This document shows positions 13,284-24,860 of a stretch of 64,000 bases of DNA, piece after piece. The notes beneath the pieces are model-generated. The model had not been told where the DNA came from. It saw only the letters and a list, made by a program, of their open reading frames with translations, and ran no database searches. Made by a program: the position numbers and the translations under genes. The stretch spans positions 87,606,001 to 87,670,000 of the forward strand of contig OX597816.1 of assembly GCA_951406725.2 (NCBI GenBank). Reading direction: 5' to 3'. This DNA is from Octopus vulgaris. Its lineage: Eukaryota. Every line of letters starts with the position of its first letter. Position 1 is the first letter of the stretch.

Positions 13284-13449
13284 TTTATATAAGCTTAAAG
13301 CTTATGGTGATCACTGTGCAGTGACTAGTAGTCTAATAAAGGGGCATATAAGCTCTTGACCGAAAAAAAGGATGCTTATATGCCTTTTTATTAGACTATT
13401 TTCCTTAGTCATTGCATGGTGAGTGCCATAAACTTTAAGCTTGTATAAA
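13284..13449. mobile_element. Foldback (hairpin) MITE-like element
   Basis: ~70-bp inverted arms: tttatataagcttaaag...tagtctaataaaggggcatataagc / gcttatatgcctttttattagacta...ctttaagcttgtataaa, with a ~20-nt loop. Confidence 0.75.
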
Positions 13450-14567
13450 AATACCGTTAATATTATTTACAGGATTGTAAATCACAGTACCCAATGAAAA
13501 AACCCATTCGCACCAAAAGCATATATATAATGTGTGTGTAGGTCTTCAGTCTGGCTTCAAATTAACATAATAATTTGCCATATTTTATATATTTGCTGAG
13601 AGTGCTTGAACATTTGGTGAGGCAGGGGGAACAAAAGGGCTTATTGCAAGCAATTTCTTGATTTTTGTTTAGAATAAATATGAAACTTTCTTCCTATATA
13701 ATAAATAAAATATTATTATAATTTTTATATTCATTATTATTTATTTTTTATTGGAGTTTTCTTAACTTTCTTTTAATCTACCCTTCCCCTCTACTACTTT
13801 TCCTTCTTTTGATATCAAAACTTAAAACATCCTGTACTTACTGAGCATATTATATATGCTAGTGTTTTTTTTTTTTCTCCTTTGGTTTTTCTGTTTTCTA
13901 TGGGTACAGATTGGTTGGCACAAGTGTTGAGTGGTTCCAGGTTTTTGGTTACAAAGTTAATTAGGAAACAAGTTAACAAGTTCTTAGAAATATCTGATTA
14001 CCAGTTAAAGGCCTTAAAAGAAATAAATGAAAGACCAAGAGAGAAAGGAGGGAGAGACAGAGAGTTGAAGAAAAATTATTTTCAAAAAAATCCAAACTTA
14101 CAAATCTACTAGGCTGCAATAAAACCAATTCTGTGGAATTAGTCGCAGTTTGTTTCTACTTTAAAAATTTGTTATTGTTGTTATTATTATTGTTAGTAGT
14201 AGTAGTAGCAGCAGTAGTAGTAGTGACAGTGGTAGGCAATAGTAGTAGTAGTAGTAGTAGTAGTAGTGTGTCGTAGAGTGGCAGCAGAGGTAGACTGCCA
14301 GAAAGCGATATGCTTTACTGTATTCACTTACATCCATTCCATGTTCTGAGTATTAATTCTAGTGGTGTTGACTTTTCATTTCTTCTCCCTCAAATTTCAC
14401 GCAAATAAATACCAATTGTATATTACGGGTCATTTCAATGCTTTGCTAAATTTTCTTGCCATGTTACTAAGTTAGAAATCATTAGATTGGTAATGTAATC
14501 GAATAGCCCAATCTCCTTGAAATTCCTGGCCTTATGCCTAAATCAGAATATTATCATTATTATTATT

Positions 14568-14669
14568 GAGTGAGAGAGTGGTGCATGCCATCAAAGTGTC
14601 ACTGGGGTAAAATATATGAAGCCCAGTATACCCATTGTGACTACCCGTCTGATAAGAGTACACTAGGCA
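14568..14669 (-). mobile_element. Short terminal fragment of (TAA)n-associated repeat family D
   Basis: (tta)n-gagtgagagag...; reverse complement of 40735-40836. Confidence 0.85.
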
Positions 14670-14935
14670 AACTAACAGAATCATTAACATACCAGGCCAA
14701 ATGCTTAGCAGCATTTCGTCCTTCTTAACATTCTGAATTCAAATTTTGCTGAAATTGACTTCGCCTTTCATTATTTCAGAGTCATTAAATTAAGTACCAG
14801 TCATGTACTGGGATCAGTGTAATCGACTAATTCTCTCCCCCCCAAATTCTAGGCCTTGTGCCTTTAGTAGAAAGGATTATTGTTGTTATTATTATTATTC
14901 ATATTATTATTATTATTATGTTCATTATTATTATT

Positions 14936-15352
14936 GAGTGAGAGAGCAGTGCATGCCATCAAAGTGACACTGGAGTAAAATATATGAAGCCCAGTATACC
15001 CATCATGACTACGAGTGAGAGAGCAGTGCATGCCATCAAAGTGACACTGGAGTAAAATATATGAAGCCCAGTATACCCATCATGACTACCTGTCAGATAA
15101 GGGTACACCAGGCACATGCATCACAACCATATGTGTGCAATATCATGATCTCATATCAAGATAAACAGTGTATGACCTTGCAGGTGGGGCCCAGTTAGAA
15201 TTTTCTTCAGGTGGGGTAGCCTGTCCCGCTCAAAAGGACCCTGAATAAAGGTTGTTTAAAGATGTTGAACAAAACACCCATGTTTCCAAAGGTGATTTAT
15301 CCAACCCCAAAGAATTCCTTTCAACACATGGCTATGATGCTCCTCCACTACT
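14936..15352 (-). mobile_element. (TAA)n-associated repeat family D, truncated, with an exact 77-bp terminal tandem duplication
   Basis: 14936-15012 is identical to 15013-15089; the body is the reverse complement of 40550-40836 and 41170-41413. Confidence 0.88.
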
Positions 15353-16323
15353 ATTTCCTATTCTTCTTCTTATTATTATTAGGATGATTAAGTCCTGGGA
15401 TCGGTTTCTTCAACTAAAACACTTTTAGGCAGTGCTTCCAGCAAAGCCGCAGTTAAATGACTAAAACAATAAAAAGAAATGGAAGAAATGAAATATAGTT
15501 ATAGCTCTTTATGTTGTGAGTTCAAATTCTGTCAAAGCCACCTTTGCATTTCATCCTTTTGGTTGTGTGAATTAGCACCAAGAACCTGATGAAAATGCTG
15601 AAATAGGTTTCAGCAAAATTAGATGAAATTGTCACAGAAATTATAAGCTCCACAAATCTTATACATAGCTAACAAATTAATCCACGCAAGTGCACTGAAA
15701 CTCAAGCATGTTCACTATTAAAATATGAGAACTTAGTTTGGTGAGGAAGGTTATGGCACAAAGGTTATTAAAGCCAAAGGCTGCCCTGATCCTGGGCTGT
15801 GACTTCTTGTTACTCTGTGGGTGGGTTAACCTTATTTGCGTTGTGTAACTAAATTTTTCACTCATTTTAGTGTATTGAATTCATATATTCTCACGGTTTG
15901 TAATCTCATTTCTTTGACTTATTTTCTATTTTATCTCTGAGCCCTTGTGGCTAATAAGTAAGAATTGTTATTATTAAGATATGTCTCCATGACTTGTTTA
16001 TTTAAAGATTAGTTGAAAAGTTTAAACTTCCTGCAATTTTTGAATGTCTGTGGGCGTTCTAAAAGCATTCAGGCTTAGTGGTTTGAAAAGTTAACATCAA
16101 ATAAAGAATTTGGTTTGCATTGCTGCCGTTTGTTGTTCTGTGACTGTGATTATACATTGCCACAGTTTGCCTAAATGTTGCAAGTTATTGCTGGTTTATC
16201 TAGAGGGTAGGGAAGCACTTGTTAGTATAGACTGGATCACATCCAGGGATAAATTTTCGTCTTATATGCTGTTCTACTTCAGACCAGAAGACAGAAGCCT
16301 GTATGTGATTGCAGTAGGTAGAT

Positions 16324-16836
16324 CAGTAGTTCTCAACCGGGGTCCATATAGCCCTTGTGGATCTATATATGATTTTTGGGGGTGCACACAACAAAATATT
16401 ATATTGGGGATCTACAATAGTATCCCTGATAAAGAATTTGGTTTAGATGTATGTATTGGTATTTATCTCAAGAAACAGCAAGGTATCTCTCTAAAATTTT
16501 GCATAGTTCAACCTACACAAGTTAGTGTGTGAAAGACAAAATAAGGATTTTGAAAGAAGTTTGGCTCTGGCTACAAAAATCTTGTTTTCATATGTTTTGA
16601 ATTAAAATTTTCAACTAAACCTAGCCACAATTTATGTTCCTAACACTAGCTTAATGATAACCAAGTTGTTTTACTAAATTCTTTGTTATTTTTAAAGTAA
16701 TTGAAAGAAACAGAGAGCATCTCAAAATAAATACAGTAACAAAAGGGTTAAACCTTGAATGGTTATAGGGCTCCACCAGATTAAAATAGTTATCAAAGGG
16801 GTCCATAGATAAAAAAAAAATGATTGAAAACTCTTG
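16324..16836. mobile_element. hAT (Charlie-like) MITE with 8-bp TSD, containing a nested piggyBac-like MITE fragment (16562-16747)
   Basis: TIRs cagtagttctcaacc / gattgaaaactcttg; TSD aggtagat (16316-16323) and aggcagat (16837-16844). The nested piece is the reverse complement of 21888-22080 and ends gggTTAA. Confidence 0.85.
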
Positions 16837-17095
16837 AGGCAGATGATAGATATAGCAGTCAAATCTCTTATATATATACGCTATGTTAGAATATAAGCAA
16901 TGACAAAGTCAAGAATGGCTTGTGGTGCAAGGTAGCTTCATCGAACTTGGTGCCAGGAAGACAAAATGAAGCCAGTACCCTCTGTTAAGTCATAGAGATT
17001 GGGCAGAGGTAATGGTGAGTCCCATTTTGTTTTTGACATGACATTTAGTGCTAGTTTCATCTAGTATATACCTAGACAAATACTATGGTGCTAGT

Positions 17096-17327
17096 TATTT
17101 CTTTACTACCCACAAGTAGCTAAACATAGAGGGGACAAACAAGGACAGACAAACGGATTAAGTGAATTACATCGACTCCAGTGCATAACTGGTACTTAAT
17201 TTATTGACCCTGAAAGGATGAAAGGTAAAGTCGACCTCGGCAGAATTTGAACTCAGAACGTAATGCCAGATGAAATACGGCTACGCATTTCGCCCGGTGT
17301 GCTAACGTTTCTGCCAGCTCACCACTT
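17096..17327 (-). mobile_element. Full-length SINE family A
   Basis: Matches 9278-9507; flanked by gtgctagt repeats. Confidence 0.9.
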
Positions 17328-18421
17328 TAGTGCTAGTGTACCTAGTACACTTAGACAATCTCTTTAGTGCTAGTGCACCTCGTACTCTCTTTGAAGTGGT
17401 TGTTGTGTGGAAGGACATCAAGCTGAGGAAAGTATGACAAAATATAAAAAATATAAGAGTGTGGCATGTTCCACTGATACTTCTAAGGAAAGTAGTAATT
17501 ACAAATTAAACATGGCTTGCTTCATTACCACATGCCCTGTCTGTGCCAGCGTGGAAAATGGATATAAAATTGATGAGGATAGTGATCACTATAATGATGG
17601 TGATTGTGTCTATGTGTGTGTATACTTGTTGCACATGTCTGGCACTCATACGCTCATCAAACCTGTAATGGTTTACAAATTTGAACAAATTATCACCTTA
17701 CATACAGAATTTTATATTGTTTTTGAGGGAAGTATTTTGTTCCTGTTTTATTTATTTATTATTTTTTTTATTCCAACTTCTTGTGACAGCACTTGTATTA
17801 TCCAAAGAGATTTATTTTTCAGATCAAATGAAAATCTAAAAATCATGTGTTTCAATTATTTTTTTGTAATTTCGCCTTTGATTTTAATTTGCTTCGGCTT
17901 CTTCCAAATTTAAAAAGGTTATTGCGATATTAGAGATGCAAGTGATTAAATATTGAGGTTGTCTTCATTTAAAAATTGTTTTTAGTCGACCGAATTAATT
18001 TGCCTTACTCAAATACATTAAGGCATTATCAGGGGATTTTGAACAGAGTATCTGTTTTATTGCAGAATTAAAAAAAAAGAAAGCAAAAATGAATAATTAA
18101 AAGAGAAAAAGAAAATTCTTGTTAGCATGAAAGAAATTGCATTTTTAATATTTTCCTTCAGTTTTAATCAAAGGTTCGCAGTTGTGTGCTGCTTGCCATT
18201 TCATTTTTCTTACTTGTAACTTTCCTCTCTTTGACTCCAAACTGTTGCATACCGTTTTCTTCTGTCAGCATGACATATGAGAAACCAAATTAATGGACAA
18301 GCACAAATATTTATTTATATGATGTATGTGTGTATTAGTTTATATACTGGGGCCCTACCTGTTATATTCTGGGACACTACTTTTAATCATGTCAACTCCC
18401 AGTACTTATCTTAAAAACGAT

Positions 18422-18730
18422 AAACGTTGCCCTTTTCAAGCCTAGCCAGGCTCATGGGCCCGGTTTCCTGGTTTCTGTGGTGTATGTGTTCCCACCAGCT
18501 GGACGGGATACCAGTCCATCGCAGCGTTACTCAAGAAACAGTAAGAGAGAGTGAGAGAAAGTTGTGGCGAAAGAATACAACAGGGGTTGCCACCACCCCC
18601 TGCCAGAGCCTTGTGGAGCTTTTAGGTGTTTTCGCTCAATAAACATACACAATGCCTGGTCTGGGAATCGAAACTGCGATCCTCCAACCGCGAGTCCACT
18701 CCCCTAACCACTGGGCCATTGCACCTCCAC
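18422..18730 (-). mobile_element. tRNA-derived SINE family C with Pol III A and B boxes
   Basis: Minus strand: A box tggcccagtgg (18708-18718) and B box gtttcgattcc (18664-18674). The body gcgatggactggtatcccgtccag resembles V-SINE-type central domains (from memory, unverified). Confidence 0.8.
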
Positions 18731-19060
18731 GTACTAAGTGATCTCTATTTGCCAAGGTGTTGCATTATAAGTGCGTAATAAAAGAACCCTGGTCTTTAGA
18801 CAGGTGTTGACATAGATATAGATACATGCACATATGCAGGTGTGAACTTGCGAAATTGGTGTCATTTGTGCAAATTTCCATGGAAACATTTCCAACCACT
18901 GACTTGAGGAAATATTAACCTTGCTTAGTAACATGTGAAGCTGAGTGACAGGAAGAGCATCCAGCCAGAGAAAATTTGCATCACGGAATGTTGTCTGGTC
19001 TGTGAAAACATGGAATAGTAGATGTTAAAGCAGCTGCTTCACAGGCAGTGGTGGTGGTGG

Positions 19061-19093
<33 letters not shown>

Positions 19094-20615
19094 TGATGCA
19101 GAAACTAGTGTTAAAGGACAGAAGTACCCAGCGTAAGTTTCAAGTCCAAACAGAAATGAAATCCATAAATAGGTGACTGCAGCCTTATAAATTATGTAAA
19201 AAGTATCTTAAATATTTAATTTGTAAATTAAAGTGCATTTAATGGTGTTAATGAATGAGTGCAAGCAAACGTGAACAAGTGACAAATGCCACTTATCCTC
19301 ATTCAGACGGTAAAGTGGTTTAAATATGGGACATCATATAATAAATATTTATTAATGTACATATCTGTGTGTGTGTGCACGTGTATTTGTGTATCATCAC
19401 TTTAACATCTTTTTTTGCATGTTTGCATGGGTCAGATGAAATTCCTCGAGGTGAATTTCCTACAGCTAGCTGCTCTTCCTAGCATCAACCCTCACTTTGT
19501 ACCTGTGCAAGGATATATTTTTCCCTTACTCAGGACATGCTTTCACAGAAGAATGCAAATAGGCACCACCACTTGTATGACTAAAGTTTGTGTACAATTA
19601 ATGCATGATGTCAAGACAAACTGCTCGGTTGGGGTGGTGCTGCTAAATCTCTGTCCGAAAATATATAGTTTTCAAAGTGACACACAGTCGCTGATCTAAT
19701 CAATTATGTTGGCAAATAATCTTTACTTTAAGGCACTGTTACTGAATGTCTCTCATTGAGAGATTTAGAAATATAATGTTTCTGTTTAGGAAAAGATGTT
19801 ATTTATAAAATTTTGGTTGCAGATAGAGAAAATAAAAGAAACAGAAGGCATTGCTCTATGTGGGAAATTAAAAAAAAATTAAGAAAGGTGCCACTAAATT
19901 ATGATAAAGAATGCAAAATTTTATTGTATGTGTGTATGTGGGAGGTATAACTGTTGTAAATTCTAGAAAATAATAGGTTATTAAATAGCTTAATAATTGA
20001 ATTAAATAAATTATGATGAAATAATTAAAATATTAAGGAATTAAATTAAAAAGTGAAATGTTTTTGAGTTGAAAAGTTTAAAAAATTAAGAAATTGAATA
20101 AAGGTTTAAAATTTTTTTTAAATGTATAGAAAATATGGAAATAAGTAAGATTATATTAGGTAGATGAAATCAGAAGTAGGGATTTAGGGTAAAGTAAAAT
20201 ATAAATAAAAAAAATAGGATATTTAGATTGTAAGAGTTAAAAAGGTAGAGGATTATGAAGGAAAGTGGATATATTGGGGGAATTAAGGAACAGGGCTTAA
20301 AAAACAGTTATAGAAATTCCTGAAAGTGGTATTAAGGTCTTAATAAAAAAGGATTTGAGTTAAGATAATGGTATTAGTCAAGAGCTGAAGCATGGAAAGT
20401 AAGAGAGCAAACGGAATAAACAAAATTAGGTTGGCATTTACAATAAAAATGCATATTATAGCCTGGAATTAATTAGAAAAGTAAATCAAGTCAGAGGTTC
20501 GTAACAGTGAGATAAATTAGGGAAGCCTAACCACTTGCCCACAGACCAACACTGGGTCATGGATCATTAGGTACTGAGTTGCACAGAAAGACTAAATTTT
20601 AAACTTTTATTTCTC

Positions 20616-20942
20616 GGTATGACTGTGTTATAAGAAGCTTCCTTTTCAACCACACGATTCTGGGTTCAGTCTCAGTATGTGACACTATGGGTAAGTGTCT
20701 TCTATTATAGCCTTGAGCCAACCAAAGCCTTGTGAGCAGATTTCAGAGACGGAAACTGAATAAAGCCCATCGTATGTATGTGTATTTATGTCCCTGTAAC
20801 TTAGCTGTTTGTCAAAAGAGACCAATAGTATAAGTACTAGGTTTCAAAAAACCATAAATCTAAGGGTCAGTTTGTTTGACTAAAACCCTTCAAGGCAGTG
20901 CCCCAACATGGCCACAGTAAAATTACTGAAACAAGTAAGATT
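20616..20942 (+). mobile_element. Near full-length, decayed SINE family B
   Basis: Collinear with 62507-62870. Confidence 0.85.
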
Positions 20943-21887
20943 TTATTGACTATTGCAGTCTGCAGAGTGTTTTTTCTTTAAATATATATATATATATAAT
21001 ATATATATGTAACATACAGGTTCCAGTGTGGCTGCATGGTAAGAAGTTTGCTTCCCAACCACAAAGTTCTGGGCCGGGTCCCACTTTGTGGCACCTTAGG
21101 CAAGTGTCTTCTACTACTGATGCCCTTCTGTCACCAACCCTCACCTGCTTTCAAGTTAGGTGATATTTCCTCATGACCGGATATGAAGGACACTGCTTGC
21201 ATGACGGTGACACTCATTTACATCTGTTGTAAAGCATGAATTAAATCCTATAAGATTTGGGATGTGTTTTGAGAAGGATTTGTTTTATTTCTAGCAGTTT
21301 TGGTGACTGTGTAGTGTTCCCTTGTTGTCTTGTATAAATGTTATTGGGGTCATTGATGGTGATGTTTTGTGGCATGCCATTTCCAACAGAGTAGACTATC
21401 ACCAATGATTTTTTTTTTTCTGATGTTACACTTAACTACATCAGACAAGATACCCTTCTTGTTTTTTGCTTTCTAAACAAACCTAAGGAATTTGATGGCA
21501 ATTGAGCTGCTATTTCTTGTAGGCTGAATGTGGATTATGGGCATGGTCTTGATGACGCTGCAATTGTTAATAACATTGGAGTGATGTTTCTCACAACAGA
21601 GGTGAAAGCAACTATTGATTAATTGATTTTACTTCTATTGTTTAGCTGAATTGCGACTAAAAGGCATTACAACCATGGTCATCCCATTTATTGTGTTCTT
21701 CACACAGAATATTTAGGATCACATTAGACAATGTATTGCTCTTTTTAACACAGTACAATGTGATTTGAAGGAGATTATGTTGTTAAATCTATGAAATTGA
21801 GCAACTATTTAGTTGCTGGTGTTAATGTTGGATGTACTGTTTAGTGGGGTTTTTAGTCGTGGCTATTTCGGCAATGATATTAATTAA

Positions 21888-22109
21888 CCCTTTCGTTACT
21901 GTACTTCTGCTGAGATGCTCCGTGTTTCTTTCAATTACTTTAAATATAACAAAGAATGTAGTAAAATAACTTAGTTACAATTTAGATAAGTTTTAGGAAC
22001 ATAAATTGTGACTAAGGTTTGGTGGAAGGTTTTAATTCAGAACTTATGAAAACAAGACATTTGTACTACAGAGCCAGAGCCGGTTTCAGCCGGGTTGGTA
22101 ATGAAAGGA
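21888..22109. mobile_element. piggyBac-like MITE (TTAA TSD)
   Basis: TTAA-ccctttcgttac ... gtaatgaaagga-TTAA; relatives at 16562-16747 and 31869-32091. Confidence 0.85.
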
Positions 22110-22142
22110 TTAAGATGTGTTGCACAACAGTGTATGTGTTAA

Positions 22143-22362
22143 CCCTTTAGTATTCAGATTAATCTGTCAAATGTTAAGCATATTTATTCACATTTCTTTG
22201 AATAAATCCTGCATTATCTCGTAGCTTTGAGATTTTGGCGATATGCTTGCTTAGTTTTGGGCTGGCATTGTTGGGTAGGTGTGAGAGTTCAGATCTGGTA
22301 AGTTTTATCATAAGAGAAGTCGAATATTGGAGCCAGATCAGACCAGTTTAAATGCTAAAGCG
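22143..22362. mobile_element. Second piggyBac-like MITE family
   Basis: TTAA-ccctttagtatt ... aatgctaaagcg; second copy at 61547-61766. Confidence 0.75.
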
Positions 22363-22729
22363 TTGGTAACACCATCATAATGGTTTTAAAATCCACTTTT
22401 CCATACGTGCGTGGGTCAGCTGGAATTTGTTGAGGTAAATGTTCTGTGGCCAGATACCCTTCCTATTGACAGCACTAATCCATTTCCAAGCAAGCTAATA
22501 TTTAGCCACACATGTTTTTTTATGGGAGATTGAATGTTTCCAGCCGTCATGTGATGTCTAGAATGAGAGTGACCAGAGAAAATGCATGCATGCATACATA
22601 ATCAATATGTGATTTCTGATTTGGTGCCAACATTGCCATCTATTTATGAGTTAACTTAAGTGGGTTATATATACATATGGGTGTACGTGTGTGTGTGTGT
22701 ATGAATTGTGAATTATCTCTTTGTCTTTG

Positions 22730-22952
22730 CAAATATCTCTATCTACATCTGCATATCTACCTGACTATATATCTCTCTATCTATCTATGTCTGTCTATCT
22801 ATCTATCTATCTGTCTATCTATCTATTTCTCTATCTCTCCCCCTCTCTATCTATCTTTATCTCACTATCTCTCTCCCTCTCTTTCTCTGTCTATCTTTTT
22901 CTATCTATCTGTCTTTCTTTCCTTCCTTTCTTTCTTTCTTTCTTTCTTTCTT
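22730..22952. repeat. (TCTA)n/(TC)n/(TTTC)n compound microsatellite
   Basis: Direct reading; a further pyrimidine-rich tract lies at 23280-23690. Confidence 0.9.
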
Positions 22953-23128
22953 GTCATTGCTTCTGTTACTCTTTGTAAATGTGTGTGTATGTGTGTGTAG
23001 AAACTGATCTCAGGATATTGAACCTCATGAAGTAGGTGTTAAGTGTTTGCAATAAGTTGTGAGATGTGTTGGAGAAGACCCATCCAACCTACGCAGGCAC
23101 ACAAAGACAATATTAAAATAATTCACTT

Positions 23129-23163
<35 letters not shown>

Positions 23164-23899
23164 TGCACACATACACATATATAGGCGAATGCACACTTAC
23201 GTACACACGATTCTAAATATACGCACACATGATTCTAAATACACGCACATACTCATGCGCGTCTGCTTACTTTGATTTCGTCTCCCCCCCTCTATTCTTT
23301 TTATTTTACATTTTGCCCCTCCATTCTTTTTCAATTACTTTCCATCTCACTTTTTCTCTAATTTGCATCTTCTCTCTCTCTCCTCCTCTCCCTCTCTCTC
23401 TCTCTGTATTCTATCTCATTCTTGTCCTCTGTGTATCCCTCCATATTTTTCTTACATTCCTCTCTATGCTCTTCTTTCTATCTCTGTTTCTCCATGCAAC
23501 CTATCTTCCTATCTCTATTTCTCCTGGTCTTCCATTCCCTTTTCCATTCTCCTTTCATCTCTGACCGCACCTCCTTTCTTTCTCTTTCTCTCACACACAG
23601 TCTCTTGCTCTCTTTATGTCTCCCCCTCTCTCTCTTTAACCCTCTTTCCCTCCCTTTTTTCCCTCCTATCTCATTTGCCTCATTTTTACCAGGCAAAAAA
23701 CATCAACAGCTCACAAACACTCAACCAGCTATACTTGATTGCATTGCGCGTCTGTGTGCACGAATCTGTATGTATGTCTCTATTATAGTGTGTGTGAGAA
23801 AGTGAAAGAGAGAGATGGCTTATTTGAAGGGGTAATTAGACTCCAGGTGTGGAAACAAACTATAAATTGATAACGAATTAATTATAAGTGATTTTTCAG

Positions 23900-23985
23900 A
23901 TCTGAAGTGAAGATCGAACTGTCTTCTCTTCAAATCAAAATAAAAACGGATATCTCCAGGGTGAAGTGTATATTGCTATGTACAG
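23900..23985 (+). other. Candidate spliced exon (86 nt)
   Basis: Acceptor atttttcag and donor cag|gtagga in non-repetitive sequence; one open frame (SEVKIELSSLQIKIKTDISRVKCILLCT) with no recognisable homology. Confidence 0.22.
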
Positions 23986-24485
23986 GTAGGAGTAGTAGTG
24001 GTGGTGGTGGTGGTCTTTTATTTTTATTTATTTATTTCTGTTGGATTATTTTGTTCTTTGTTCTTAAGCATTTTTAAGGAGATTCTATGCAAAAATATTT
24101 ACTTTTCATTAAATATTGCTGATCTGTAAGGGTTTTTGTGATTCATTTCATCCCTTCTCCTCGCGAAAAAACAATCAATTAATTTCTCTTTATTTTTTTA
24201 CATATTTAATTCTTCATCATCATCATCATCTTCTATAGTTATAGTAGTATGATACACACACACACTTGTACATAAGCATACACACAAAAACATTTATAGG
24301 GAACAAGTGTTTTTCTATAGATTGCAATAGTTATAAGGTTAAGCTGGTGCTTGCTTGAATCAAAAAATGAAAGAACTTGTAGCTCAGCTGTTAGGGAAGG
24401 ATACATGTGCCCTGACGATTACATTTGTGTGTGTGTATGTGTGTGTGTTTGAAGTAGTGTACAGATATTGTATATTGAGAAAAAG

Positions 24486-24610
24486 GAGGCAGTTTGAATT
24501 TTGGATAATTCTTTGTTAGTGCTTTCATTCATTTAGCCAAACTTGTGAAGACAAAACTTATAACCAAAACCATTCATATTTAAAGAATTATCCCAAATTT
24601 GGACTGCCTC
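24486..24610. repeat. 29-bp imperfect inverted repeat with 67-nt spacer
   Basis: gaggcagtttgaattttggataattcttt / aaagaattatcccaaatttggactgcctc; as plus-strand RNA this gives 25 Watson-Crick pairs, 3 G:U and 1 mismatch. Confidence 0.8.
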
Positions 24611-24635
24611 TGTTTCCATTATATATATATATATA

Positions 24636-24860
24636 TATTCCATTCTACCAAACTGCGTTAAGAAAATGTTTTTGCTGAAGTACATTTCAAACAATTGAAA
24701 ATAATCACCAAACACCATACAGTCATCATCATCATCATCAACGGACGCTAAACGATGATGATGATGATGATGACTGTATGGTGTTTGGTGATTATTTTCA
24801 ATTGTTTGAAATGCACCTCAGCAAAAACATTTCCTTAACGCAGTTTGGTAGAATGGAATA
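24636..24860. repeat. 105-bp inverted repeat (102/105 identical) with a 15-nt loop derived from an RTE 3' tail
   Basis: Arms 24636-24740 and 24756-24860 were compared base by base; loop acggacgctaaacga matches the RTE tail at 45461-45475. Confidence 0.97.

Noticed and set aside
15581-15615. ctgatga...gaaa resembling a hammerhead core
   Set aside because: No stem II between the boxes; the segment instead forms a simple tgctgaaa/tttcagca hairpin.
17407-17913. 168-aa ORF
   Set aside because: Low-complexity composition, includes a decayed RTE tail (17510-17600), and has no domain motif.
18655-18730. tRNA gene on the minus strand
   Set aside because: A and B boxes are present but there is no complete cloverleaf, and it continues into a SINE body; the same applies to the heads of families A and B.
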